DNA of 64,000 nucleotides, from assembly GCA_027923505.1 (NCBI GenBank), contig BROI01000004.1, forward strand, positions 124,001 through 188,000, read 5' to 3'. The DNA comes from Mayamaea pseudoterrestris (lineage: Eukaryota). The translations under genes were made by a program, and so were the position numbers. How positions within the stretch are numbered: the first letter of the stretch is position 1; each line of letters opens with the position of its first letter. Under the pieces are notes generated by a model, which saw only the letters and a list, made by a program, of their open reading frames with translations, did no database searches and was not told the DNA's origin. This document shows positions 43,971 to 54,751 of this stretch, piece by piece.

Positions 43971-46946
43971 TTACATGTCCCGATACCCGCCACCAAACTG
44001 TTGCTGCTGGTCAAAGTAAAGATTGCTGCCATCTCCCATGTTGTAAAACGACGGCATTAGCTGCTGCTGCGCCTGCACTTGATGTTGTTGCTGCTGCTGG
44101 ACTGGTGGCAGCGCCATGTTCATAAATCCAGGAGGCGAGTTCATGCGAGGATCATGCGAGTAGAACGGTTGCTGCAGCGATGGCGGCGGTGGACCAATGG
44201 ACGAGTAGGGCGAGACCATGACATGAGGCTGATGCTGATACTGCATCGGTTGCTGGTGCATGTGATGATGGTACGGCTGCTGTTGATGCTGTATATGGTG
44301 GCGATGGCCATGCGCCTTGAGCTGGTTCAGTGGTTCCGAAATGCCATCTTCGCTCAGAGTGAAATGCGGAAATCGGCGGCAAATCTTGGCAATTATGCGA
44401 CGTCCTCCTGCGGTGTTACGCACACCACCGTTGCGTTGACCCTGTGGTCCAATCGTTTGCGTGGCCGTCAAATGCGGACGCATGGCTTCCACGAGGCGAA
44501 TGGCTTGCGCATGAGTCGCAACTGCCAACGCACGCTGGACCACGTAGTTGCCAAACGGGTCCATCATCATTTCCCGAATACGTTCGGGATCACTCATCTC
44601 GTGCAAATACTGCTCCCTAACTCGGTCCGAGCAGCGTTCCAGACACTTCTCCATAACATTGGAGCTAAACTTTTGAACCGCCAAAACATTGACCTTTCCG
44701 ACGACACTTTCGCAAACGGCATGAACATCCTCGTCGGGACAAACGTCGAGAACGTACTGAACTACGTAGTTACCATACGCATCCTGCATGAGCTCGAGCG
44801 AAAACTCAACAATGCGAAGAATCAACATACTCCGTGCCTCGCCCGACGGAGAATCAAGACAGCGCTGAATGACGCAGCATCCATGCCGATGACGAGCTAC
44901 GTCTCCCACATTGGCAGCCACAGCATCAAAGACGAACCGCGTGTGCTTGGGGCCAAACTTGAGCAAGATGCGCTGAATGACGTGGTTGCCGTGACTGTCA
45001 ATGCAGAGCCGAGCGGCCGCAGGTCCCAAAGCTGTAGCCAAAATATCCGCCGCACTTTCTCCATCCGCCTCCACGGGTCGACTCTGCTCATCTAAAGCGC
45101 AAAGCTCCACCACCTTTTGAACACTGCGGGTACCATGGAGATTTAAACTCGCATTGACAAGCCTCGGACTAACTGACTTGATGAGCGTAATACGCTCCTC
45201 GGCTGTAACCTTTTCCAGCACCTTCTGAAACAAGTAGTTGCCAAACGGATCAATCATAGCTTCACCCCAAAAAGCCAAGCCTTCATTCATAATCATCGTT
45301 GCTGCTAATGGACCTTCCTCGTCGAGCGCCTGCTGGACCAAGCGGCAACCGACTTGATCCCTCGATAGTCGACGAACCTGCCCCAAAAGCGCATCAAGCT
45401 GCGGACGCTGAGGTGAGGCATACAACAAGGCCAGTGCTGGATCATTGGTGGTAAATGGACTCGACGTGCGCGAGTTGACCGATGCGCTAGAGCGGGCGTT
45501 GTCGGGCTGCGTCAATGGAGCTGGCGCAACATCAAGAGTAAACTGATGACTGTGCGAGGTGTTGTGCGCTGTCGTCAATGGCCCACTATCACTTCCATAA
45601 CTGGCTAAGCGAGGGCGATTGGTGGCAACCAAAGGACTTGCTTGGTAGTTGGTAGTCGGCAACGTCGGCGCCTGCAGTGATACATCCTCGAGAGGTGGAA
45701 GCACCATCATGGAGTTGGCATTGCCGTGGTTGGAACTATCGACTGATGCTGTTCCCGTCATCAACTGCGGCACTACCTGAAGCAGCTGCTGCTGCTGAGT
45801 CGCCGGCAAGGAAGTATTGCTGACAAAATGATAGGGCTTGCCTGGAAGCTGCATCATTTGCACCGGCTGTAAGACTTGGCCACGGCCATCCGGCGAGGGA
45901 ACCGCCATGTAGAGCACTTGAGGCTGCGTGTGCTGCGCAATTGGAAGCGTTGGGCTTGATGAATCGTTGTTTTCACTAGCAAAAGAAGCACTGCCGCCAT
46001 GGTGACTAGGCGTCTCGAACGGACTGCTTCCGCCGGAACTAAATCGCTGCTGCTGTCTCTGCTGCTCCTTGCTAATCGAGTATGGCGATTGATGATGTGT
46101 CTGGTGCGAGTCCACCGTTGCCAAACTTGGATGCGATCCTGCTCTCTTTGACATGGAGTAACCGCTGCTAGAGCGTTCATCCTCTTGAGTGTGATGAGGC
46201 GACTGCACGCTTCGACCAAGAACATCTGTAAAGACGCTTCCCGTCATGGGCGGCGTTCCATAGCGCTGGTTTCCATATCCTTGACTAGCGCGCGAGTAAT
46301 GATCGCTGCTATGCGTATATCCGCCTTGACTGCTGCTGGCAAAGGGAGAAACGGACCGACTGGAAGCAGTCGTTCCAGTGGCGGAGCAAACTGACGAGTC
46401 ACGAGTACGTCCGCGCGAAACTCCGTCCGCGAAACTATTCGCCTTGACGACTGGTCCAAGTGTTTCGCGCAAGTCACTTCCAGATCCGGTATGCATGCGA
46501 AAGGACGACTGCGACTCTGACTTTGTCATATTTGTTTCAAGGTGGTGGTGGTGGTGCTGCTGTTGCTGCTGGTCCTTGTAATGGAGGTCAACAAGGTTCG
46601 AGTTGCTAAGCTTTAACACTGACTCTCCAAGCGTCTTGGAAGGGTCTTGGGAAAGAAACAAGGCCAAATCGTCATTCTGTTGGTTACTGCTTGAGAGATT
46701 AGAAAAGGCTCCATTGCCGCTGTCAGTCGCAGTGAAGTTTCCCCATCCAGTCCCACTGTCGGCTCGAGCAATTGGATCATGGGAGGATCCAAAGCTAGCC
46801 GTCGCAGAGTTTCCAAGAGTCACTCCAGCAAGTGCTTCTCCAAGGGAATGGATCTCTGCTCCGTCGCTACCGTTAGCGCTTGTAGGAGCGAATTCCTCAT
46901 GGCGGTTGCTGCCTTCACGCGTTGCTGCAATGGAAGAGTTAATCAT
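43971..46946 (-). CDS. Pumilio/PUF RNA-binding protein
   Basis: Eight PUF repeats (DQVGCRLVQ, DPFGNYLFQ, HGTRSVQ, HGNHVIQ, HGCCVIQ, YGNYVVQ, FSSNVME, FGNYVVQ); start uncertain. Confidence 0.93.
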   Translation of the reverse strand: MINSSIAATREGSNRHEEFAPTSANGSDGAEIHSLGEALAGVTLGNSATASFGSSHDPIARADSGTGWGNFTATDSGNGAFSNLSSSNQQNDDLALFLSQDPSKTLGESVLKLSNSNLVDLHYKDQQQQQHHHHHLETNMTKSESQSSFRMHTGSGSDLRETLGPVVKANSFADGVSRGRTRDSSVCSATGTTASSRSVSPFASSSQGGYTHSSDHYSRASQGYGNQRYGTPPMTGSVFTDVLGRSVQSPHHTQEDERSSSGYSMSKRAGSHPSLATVDSHQTHHQSPYSISKEQQRQQQRFSSGGSSPFETPSHHGGSASFASENNDSSSPTLPIAQHTQPQVLYMAVPSPDGRGQVLQPVQMMQLPGKPYHFVSNTSLPATQQQQLLQVVPQLMTGTASVDSSNHGNANSMMVLPPLEDVSLQAPTLPTTNYQASPLVATNRPRLASYGSDSGPLTTAHNTSHSHQFTLDVAPAPLTQPDNARSSASVNSRTSSPFTTNDPALALLYASPQRPQLDALLGQVRRLSRDQVGCRLVQQALDEEGPLAATMIMNEGLAFWGEAMIDPFGNYLFQKVLEKVTAEERITLIKSVSPRLVNASLNLHGTRSVQKVVELCALDEQSRPVEADGESAADILATALGPAAARLCIDSHGNHVIQRILLKFGPKHTRFVFDAVAANVGDVARHRHGCCVIQRCLDSPSGEARSMLILRIVEFSLELMQDAYGNYVVQYVLDVCPDEDVHAVCESVVGKVNVLAVQKFSSNVMEKCLERCSDRVREQYLHEMSDPERIREMMMDPFGNYVVQRALAVATHAQAIRLVEAMRPHLTATQTIGPQGQRNGGVRNTAGGRRIIAKICRRFPHFTLSEDGISEPLNQLKAHGHRHHIQHQQQPYHHHMHQQPMQYQHQPHVMVSPYSSIGPPPPSLQQPFYSHDPRMNSPPGFMNMALPPVQQQQQHQVQAQQQLMPSFYNMGDGSNLYFDQQQQFGGGYRDM

Positions 46947-47748
46947 TGATGCTGCCCGCAGAGACGTCTCGATTCCGCTCACTCTCTCGCTCGCTCTTCT
47001 TCTATCTCCAGAAGCTTCTGAGCAAGTCAATGGCCAATGATCCTTAAATCGTACAGTACAGCAGAAAGTTTGCAGAAGGACTTATTCAAGAGGCAGTTTA
47101 TGAAACGAACGAATGACACTTGCTGGCAGACCAATGCAATTTAAATTTGCAACAAAGAGTAAGAAGCTCTCGTTGTTCAATGGAAGATGAACCTCTGAGC
47201 AGTATGATACTACAATTCAGTACAAGAAGAGAAAGTCGAAGCAAGCAAGCAAGCAATGAGAGGCAAGAGCCATCCAATGTTTTGGTCGAATGAAATCGGT
47301 TCCTTCGTGCCGCGTCGACGTGTTGAAATCCATGACGCCACGCGAGTGAATGTGTCAAGCGCCTGCAGGCCTCGGAGGGAGTCGATTGATGCACGCGTAG
47401 AATATGCTGCTACAACCGCTAAATTGACTTGCATGCTCTTTAAACGGCTATACATATGGATGATGAAGGTAATGCTGAAATGTTCTTGGATTCTAATGCT
47501 TAATCGTGGAGATGTTAGGCATCACTCGAAAAAGTGAGACGAGCTCATTGGTAGTCGCGAGCCGATTCGAGCGTGCCGCGTTTGCAACGGTCTTGGTGTC
47601 GTAACACCACTGAAAGTGTCGGTGTGTTTCGTCCAACTGCTTTCACTGTGGTCTACTATTGCCTCAACGAATAGTTTTCATTTGTATACCACGATTCTTA
47701 TTATTGCCTTGAGACGAGTTTTCATGAGAAGCTCGACGCCGACCAGCC

Positions 47749-49335
47749 ATGTCCATTCTTCTCGTCGACCCAAATCAGCATCGAGACCATACCTTACGGA
47801 TCATACGTCTCCCCAAGACAATGACGCTCACGGCTGGTCGGAGAGCAGTTACAATCAATGCATCAGCAATTTATACGAGAAAGCTTCATCATGTAAAGGG
47901 ACCTCCAATCCAAGCAACTCTATCGTCGTCGTCTCATTCATCCGCCGTCACGTCAGTCACCTTTTCACATGTGAATTTCCAAACCGGTAGCAAGTTAGCA
48001 CAAAGGCGAACTTTCTTTACTCGAATACAATCGGTTGTTCGAACTATACTAGTTGGCGACGACTTTGAGAATCCCAAAAAGTTGCTCGAGCGACAGTATA
48101 TTTACTTGTCCTTGCTAGCACTTGAGTATCGACGCCTTTGTCGACTTGCATCTGCGAACTCACTGTCAACAAACCAATTAGCGCATGACCAAGACAAGGA
48201 TGCGCTATACGAAGCTGCTATTGAGAAACTTGACGAAAGGAGGCTAGACGAAATGTCAAATGAACGATTGCGCATTGAGTTGCAGGACGCCATTCATCCG
48301 CAAGTTGTCGAAATCATTCATACCTTTCGTCAAGTTGATTCGAAATTATTTCCGTGTACTAATACCCAACTCAACCATTCGAACGGCTTGGATCCTTTTT
48401 GGGGAATGGACTCGGGGTCCTTTATCGCTATTTTGGAGCAAGAACTTGCCGACTTGCAAGACCAAATGGCTACCGCTACGGACTCATGCTCGCCCTCGTT
48501 GACAGGCTTCCTGACCACCAAGCAAGAGGCCATTACTTTGCTACTCCTCTTCCTCACTAGAGGAGAAACGCAAGCACATCGGAATGACCCTTTTGGTAAC
48601 GATACGTCCACTCTTGCGCCATCGAGTCTACAGCTCATGCGCAAGTATCAAACTATTAACCTGGTTCGGTCCGCTTGTATTCGCCGTCGAATTGGTTACT
48701 CCATCTTGTCGTTGCGATCATCCATTCCAAATGCTGGTCGAGGAGTCTTCGTGGATGGAAGTGCCCTGACAGGATCGATTGTTTCATTCCAGCCTGGAGA
48801 TGCTTGGCCAAAGGAGCATCTGCTGACTACAGCACCGGAGGTGATGGCACATTTTGCCGAGGAGGATGAACATTGCTTCATTTCGCTTCGGTTCGATGAC
48901 TTTATCATCGATTCGAGGCAATCACCAGTAACTGTACTAGTTGGAAACGCAAGTGGATGCAATCCGTGGGCGCTCGGTCACATGGTGAACCATCCCTTGC
49001 ACAAAACACGGCCTAATTGTTTAACGACCATGATTGATTTTTCGGAACGAATGTTCCATGACCTGGAGTCGGACGCAGCAGGCGAATGTCAGTCACACGC
49101 TTACATGAAATACTTACCCAACGCGTACGCAAGGCAGCCAAGTTGGAAGAGTCGGGCATTCTACAATGAGCCCATTGTCATGCACGGTCTGTGCTTGGTT
49201 GCCCGTCGCGACATTTGCGACGAAGAACTATTTTACGATTATCGACTGCAATCCAACGAGACACCTGACTGGTACAGTGTGGCCGATTCGGGAATTATGG
49301 AACAGGAGCAAGTGGTTTTCTTTCGTGACGATTGA
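47749..49335 (+). CDS. SET-domain-containing protein
   Basis: SSIPNAGRGVF, ALGHMVNHP, ARRDI..EELFYDY; start uncertain. Confidence 0.8.
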   Translation: MSILLVDPNQHRDHTLRIIRLPKTMTLTAGRRAVTINASAIYTRKLHHVKGPPIQATLSSSSHSSAVTSVTFSHVNFQTGSKLAQRRTFFTRIQSVVRTILVGDDFENPKKLLERQYIYLSLLALEYRRLCRLASANSLSTNQLAHDQDKDALYEAAIEKLDERRLDEMSNERLRIELQDAIHPQVVEIIHTFRQVDSKLFPCTNTQLNHSNGLDPFWGMDSGSFIAILEQELADLQDQMATATDSCSPSLTGFLTTKQEAITLLLLFLTRGETQAHRNDPFGNDTSTLAPSSLQLMRKYQTINLVRSACIRRRIGYSILSLRSSIPNAGRGVFVDGSALTGSIVSFQPGDAWPKEHLLTTAPEVMAHFAEEDEHCFISLRFDDFIIDSRQSPVTVLVGNASGCNPWALGHMVNHPLHKTRPNCLTTMIDFSERMFHDLESDAAGECQSHAYMKYLPNAYARQPSWKSRAFYNEPIVMHGLCLVARRDICDEELFYDYRLQSNETPDWYSVADSGIMEQEQVVFFRDD

Positions 49336-49435
49336 AAGGAAGATAAATCATAATTTAATGTAATTATGTAGCCGCCTCCACTTGGCGCTGCATACAGTTG
49401 ACTGCTTATAAGTTTACAGTATCACTATATAATGG

Positions 49436-51268
49436 TTACGGGTCCTTGCGAACTGACAAAGGCGCCAACCAACACCAACGGCCGTTGCCGCGAGACATGT
49501 CCTCATCGTCCACGGTCGGATCATGCCAACCTGCAATTTCCTTCCATAGTCGACTCACGGCCGTAAAGGTCGCTGGATCGTAGTTTCGCAATTGACCACA
49601 CGTAAACGGGTAAAACTTGTTGCACATGCGCTGTTCCTTTGTATGAAGAAACATTCTCTGCAGAAACGATTCAATGGGCGAGTGCGTTTTGTGGCTACAA
49701 TTCTTCTCAAAAGACTCAGCATGTTCGGGCATTTGGCCGCGGACCCTTTCAATGACCGTAGGTTCCATCAGTGGCGGCGTACAGCAAAGTAGCTCGGATT
49801 CATTCTCCTGGTCGAGCTCACGATATCCCTTGCTCCAGTATGCAACCGACATCTCGCTAAAAAATTCCTTACAGTCTACCATCGCGTATGCTAAATCACA
49901 ATCCTCGTCCTTTCCTGCCCAGTCTCGTCGACGAACGTTAGCGTATAGACCAGACGCCCGCGCCGTTTCGTACGCCTCCATGACAGGCTTGTTTTCAAGG
50001 CCATCAGCCAGTGCAAACTGATGAATTAGATGGCAGAGTTCATGCAGTACCAAGCCACACCCATTCCAATGCAGCCGCATCCGTCGGTAATCGTAACAAT
50101 TGTAAATTTCTATTTCATACGTCTTGTCGAGACGATCATGCGCCCACGCCAGCCACCCAGGATGATGATGCGCGGTCGTGTGGTTGACAACCATGGGAGA
50201 ATTGCGCGGTCCATACTGATAGGACGAATTCACCCAAACGCGAGTTCGTCGTATCAGGCGGTGCAGATTCCTCGGAAGTAAGTTCAAACAATCCATCAAG
50301 TCGGACTCTAGGTCACCAAGCACTGATGGGCACTGCGAAAAGACATTGGGAGCGCAATAGACTGTCACACCGCACTCAAGTTGCACCGAAAAATATGGAT
50401 TTGTCGAATTGTCAATGATTTCGGTGTATTCGTGCATGCCGTCGCAGAGAATATGCTCATGGTCAAACCGAGGATCCTCATTGGCTTGCATGGCACTCTC
50501 ATCGGGTGATCTCATTTGCGTGAGGTGTTGCATAGCTGCATCCTCAGTGAGCACCGACGACGGAAGGCGAAGGTTGGCAAGTTGTAGCAGACTTTTTTTG
50601 AGACTACCAACTTCACCACCGTCGCCATCTTTGTTGACGTCTATATCTGATTGATCATCATCATCGTCATCGGAGCTGGACGAGTCAAGTATCCCAAATC
50701 GATTCTGCATGGAGACTTGTTGTGGAGCACTTTCATTGTCTGCATCGTCCGACGACGAGATACTTGCGACGTCGTGCTCGCCCTCTCCAGCATTATTGAC
50801 GCCTCCATCTCCATTCTCCACATTTTCTACCTCGAGCTCAACCGTTTCTTTTCTTTCACGTGTTTTTGCAGCATTCTCTCGCATAATTGATGCATGCAAG
50901 GAACAGTTCGCAGCCACGTATCGGTTGGCTTCTGCAATACTTTTTGCTTGTCGAACTCGGACGCCGATCTTGTTATCATCCAACAACCCTTGCTTTCTAC
51001 ACTCCTTCATAATCCAAAGTCGTCGATTGTTCAATGAAATATAGCAAGGCTCGTCTCCGCCATTCTCTGCCGTTCCTGCAATCACTTGCATAGGAGGAAG
51101 ATTGGATGGATGCAGTCTTCCGTCGAGTATAGACTGCAGCGTTTCCTTAAGACTCCGCCCGCAACCTGAAAATACGGGACGAATTCGACTATGCTGAAAC
51201 CGAAGCAGGTCAGGATCCATCAAGACAAGTTCGTCAAGAGTCGTTTTCTTTTGCTTTGATGGTGCCAT
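49436..51268 (-). CDS. ParB/Srx-like N-terminal domain + acidic linker + HExxH zinc-metallopeptidase-like domain
   Basis: LRFQHSRI...F.G.G..L...L..G...P.MQV...YISLNNRRLW; C-terminal LVLHELCH...YA..D.KEFFSEMS.AY...FYPFT..QL..YDP. Confidence 0.75.
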   Translation of the reverse strand: MAPSKQKKTTLDELVLMDPDLLRFQHSRIRPVFSGCGRSLKETLQSILDGRLHPSNLPPMQVIAGTAENGGDEPCYISLNNRRLWIMKECRKQGLLDDNKIGVRVRQAKSIAEANRYVAANCSLHASIMRENAAKTRERKETVELEVENVENGDGGVNNAGEGEHDVASISSSDDADNESAPQQVSMQNRFGILDSSSSDDDDDDQSDIDVNKDGDGGEVGSLKKSLLQLANLRLPSSVLTEDAAMQHLTQMRSPDESAMQANEDPRFDHEHILCDGMHEYTEIIDNSTNPYFSVQLECGVTVYCAPNVFSQCPSVLGDLESDLMDCLNLLPRNLHRLIRRTRVWVNSSYQYGPRNSPMVVNHTTAHHHPGWLAWAHDRLDKTYEIEIYNCYDYRRMRLHWNGCGLVLHELCHLIHQFALADGLENKPVMEAYETARASGLYANVRRRDWAGKDEDCDLAYAMVDCKEFFSEMSVAYWSKGYRELDQENESELLCCTPPLMEPTVIERVRGQMPEHAESFEKNCSHKTHSPIESFLQRMFLHTKEQRMCNKFYPFTCGQLRNYDPATFTAVSRLWKEIAGWHDPTVDDEDMSRGNGRWCWLAPLSVRKDP

Positions 51269-51547
51269 GGTGGCGGATAGCGGTGTCCAAGAATGGATCG
51301 TGCCAATTCTCAACGATACATGCGTCGAAATTCGTTTAATGAATAATGAATAAGAAACGATTTGAGTCTAGCAGGTGTAGCTTTTATTTCAAATTGTTCC
51401 CATTTCGCTGCAGCGCTTCCTGGTTGGCTTCTCAAGTCCCTCGTCGAAATCTCGCATGTATCGATGTTGTTGCCTTGATGCGATTTCATTCTTCTTGTCG
51501 TACCGGTACAAACTACGACGCGCAAGTACGCCCCGTCGTAGCCCCGT

Positions 51548-52461
51548 CATCTGCCTGCCAGTAGAAGGTGCCACTGGAGCACCACTTTACCATCCTATGA
51601 GCACCTGCATGCAAAATTTTGTCCCATGTGTTCATTTGGCGTGGTAAACCCCTCCATGGCATCCAAGAAGCGCAGTGACGGCGAGAAGGAAGCACCTTCC
51701 AAGCGCCGGTAGAAGGGCCATCGGCCTAGAAGGCGCCACTGGTGCACCAATGGAGCATCCAATGAGCACCTGCATGGCCAAACCCTTGTCCTGTATGTTC
51801 ATTTGGCGTGGTGAAACCCCTCCATGGCATCTGTGTAGCTCCGTGACGACGAAAAGGAAAAATCTTCTGAACTCCCCTTGAAGGGCCTTTGGCCTAGAAG
51901 GCGCCACTGGTGCACCAATGGAGCATCCTATGATTAACTGCATGGCCAAACCCTTGCTTGTATGTTCATTTGGCGTGGCGAAACCCCTCCATGGCATCCG
52001 CGTAGCTCAGTGATGGCGAGAAGGAAAATCTATCTGAGCGCCAGTTGAAAAGCCATCTGCCTAGAAGGCGCCACTGGTGCACCAATGGAGCATCCTATGA
52101 GCACCTGCATGGCCAAACCCTTGTCCCATATGTTCATTTGGTGTGGTGAAAACCATCCACGGCATCCAAGTAGCTCAGTGGAAGCGAGAAGGAAAAGCCT
52201 TCTGAGTGCCCCTTGAAGGGCCATCTGCCTAGAAGGCGCCACTGGTGCACCAATGGAGCATCCAATGAGCACCTGCATGGCCAAACCCTTGTCCCATATG
52301 TTCATTTGGCGTGGTGAAACCCCTACATGGCATTCAAGTAGCTCAGTGACGGTGAGAAGGAAAATCCTTCTGAGCGCCAGTTGAAGGGCCATCTGTCTCG
52401 AAGACACCACTGGTGCACCAATGGAGCATTAAATGAGCACCTGCATGGCCAAACCTTTGGT
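51548..52461. repeat. Satellite A: ~168-bp tandem repeat, ~5.5 diverged copies
   Basis: CTAGAAGGCGCCACTGGTGCACCAATGGAGCATCC (degenerate in the outer copies) recurs at 51561, 51726, 51894, 52061, 52229, 52397. Confidence 0.93.
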
Positions 52462-54751
52462 CCAAGCCTACCATCTTGTAGCGCAGCCTGAATAATGATG
52501 TTGGCACCATTCTGGTGTATTTTGGGCACCTACAGGGCTTGCTGTAGGGGCGTTTGAATGTCACGGCATCGGCAGGCTGAGACTGGTGACAAGTTGTCAC
52601 CAAATACATTGCCATCCCCTGAGACACCATCCAAGCCTACCATCTTGTAGCTCAGCCTAAACAATAATGTTGGCACCATTCTGGTGTATGTTGGGCACCT
52701 ACAGGGCTTGCTGTAGGGGCGTTTGAATGTCACGACATCTGCGGGCTGAGACAGGTGACAAGTTGTCACCAAATACATTGCCATCTCCTGAACACCAGCC
52801 AAGCCTACCATGTTGTAGCGCAGCCTGATTAATGATGTTGGCACCATTCTGGTGTATTTTAGGCACCTACAGGGCTTGCTGTAGGGGCGTTTGAATGTCA
52901 CGGCATCGGCAGGCTGAGACTGGTGACAAGTTGTCACCAAATACAATGCCATCCCCTGAGACACCAGCCAAGCCTACCATCTTGTAGCGCAGCCTTAAAA
53001 ATAATGTTGGCACCATTCTGGTGTATTTTGGGCACCTACAGGGCTTGCTGTAGGGGCATTTGAATGTCACGGCATCTGCGGGCTGAGACTGGTGACAAGT
53101 TGTCACCAAATACATTGCCATGCCCTGAGACACCAGCCAAGACTGCCATCTTGTAGCGCAGCCTGATTAATGATGTTGGCACCATTTGGGTGTATTTTGG
53201 GCACCTACAGGGCTTGCTGTAGGGGCGTTTGAATGTCACAGCATCTGCGGGCTGAGACTGGTGACAAGTTGTCACCAAATACATTGCCATCCCCTGAGAC
53301 ACCAGCCAAGCATACCATCTTGTAGCGCAGCCTGATTAATGTTGTTGGTACCATTTGGGAGTATTTTGGGCACCTACAGGGCTTGCTGTAGGGGCGTTTG
53401 AATGTCACGGCATCTGCGGGCTGAGACTGGTGACAAGTTGTCACCAAATACATTGCCATCCCCTGAGACACCAGCCAAGACTACCATCTTGTAGCGCAGC
53501 CTGATTAATGATGTTGGCACCATTCTGGTGTATTTTGGGCACCTACAGGGCTTGCTGTAGGGGCGTTTGAATGTCACGGCATCGGCAGGCTGAGACTGGT
53601 GACAAGTTGTCACCAAATACAATGCCATCCCCTGAGACACCAGCCAAGCCTACCATCTTGTAGCGCAGCCTTAAAAATAATGTTGGCACCATTCTGGTGT
53701 ATTTTGGGCACCTACAGGGCTTGCTGTAGGGGCATTTGAATGTCACGGCATCTGCGGGCTGAGACTGGTGACAAGTTGTCACCAAATACATTGCCATGCC
53801 CTGAGACACCAGCCAAGACTGCCATCTTGTAGCGCAGCCTGATTAATGATGTTGGCACCATTTGGGTGTATTTTGGGCACCTACAGGGCTTGCTGTAGGG
53901 GCGTTTGAATGTCAAAGCATCTGCGGGCTGAGACTGGTGACAAGTTGTCACCAAATACATTGCCATCCCCTGAGACACCAGCCAAGCATACCATCTTGTA
54001 GCGCAGCCTGATTAATGTTGTTGGTACCATTTGGGAGTATTTTGGGCACCTACAGGGCTTGCTGTAGGGGCGTTTGAATGTCACGGCATCTGCAGGCTGA
54101 GACTGGTGACAAGTTGTCACCAAATACATTGCCATCCCCTGAGACACCAGCCAAGACTACCATCTTGTAACGCAGCCTGATTAATGATGTTGGCACCATT
54201 TGGGAGTATTTTGGGCACCTACAGGGCTTGCTGTAGGGGCGTTTGAATGTAACAGCATCTGCGGGCTGAGACTGGTGACAAGTTGTCACCAAATACATTG
54301 CCATCCCCTGAGACACCAGCCAAGCCTACCATGTTGTAGCGCATCCTGAATAAGGATTAGGGACCATTCTTATGTATTTTGGGCACCTACAGGGCTTGTT
54401 GTAGGGGCGTTTGAATGTCACGGCATCTGTGGGCTAAGACTGGTGACAAGTTGTCACCAAATACATTGCCATCCCCTGAGACACCAGCCAAGCATACCAT
54501 CTTGTAGCGCAGCCGGAATAAGGATGTTGGCACCATTTGGGAGTATTTTGGGCACCTACAGGGCTTGCTGTAGGGGCATTTGAATGTCACGGCATCTGCA
54601 GGCTGAGACTGGTGACAAGTTGTCACCGAATACATTGCCATCCCCTGAGACACCAGTCAAGCCAACTATCTTGTAGCGCAGCCGGAATAAGGATGTTGGC
54701 ACCATTCTGGTGTATTTTAGGCACCTACAGGGCTTGCTGTAGGGGCGTTTG
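52462..54751. repeat. Satellite B: 169-bp tandem repeat, ~13.5 copies, with 676-bp 4-mer higher-order repeat
   Basis: CCAAGCCTACCATCTTGTAGCGCAGCC-type starts at 52462, 52631, 52799, 52968 ... 54657; variants recur at 676-bp spacing. Confidence 0.95.

Noticed and set aside
44079..45095. 338-aa plus-strand ORF
   Set aside because: Antisense shadow of the Pumilio CDS.
23231..51268. Alternative genetic code as an explanation of the fused ORFs
   Set aside because: Fusion linkers contain ordinary sense codons, and TAA, TAG and TGA all terminate well-supported genes here.
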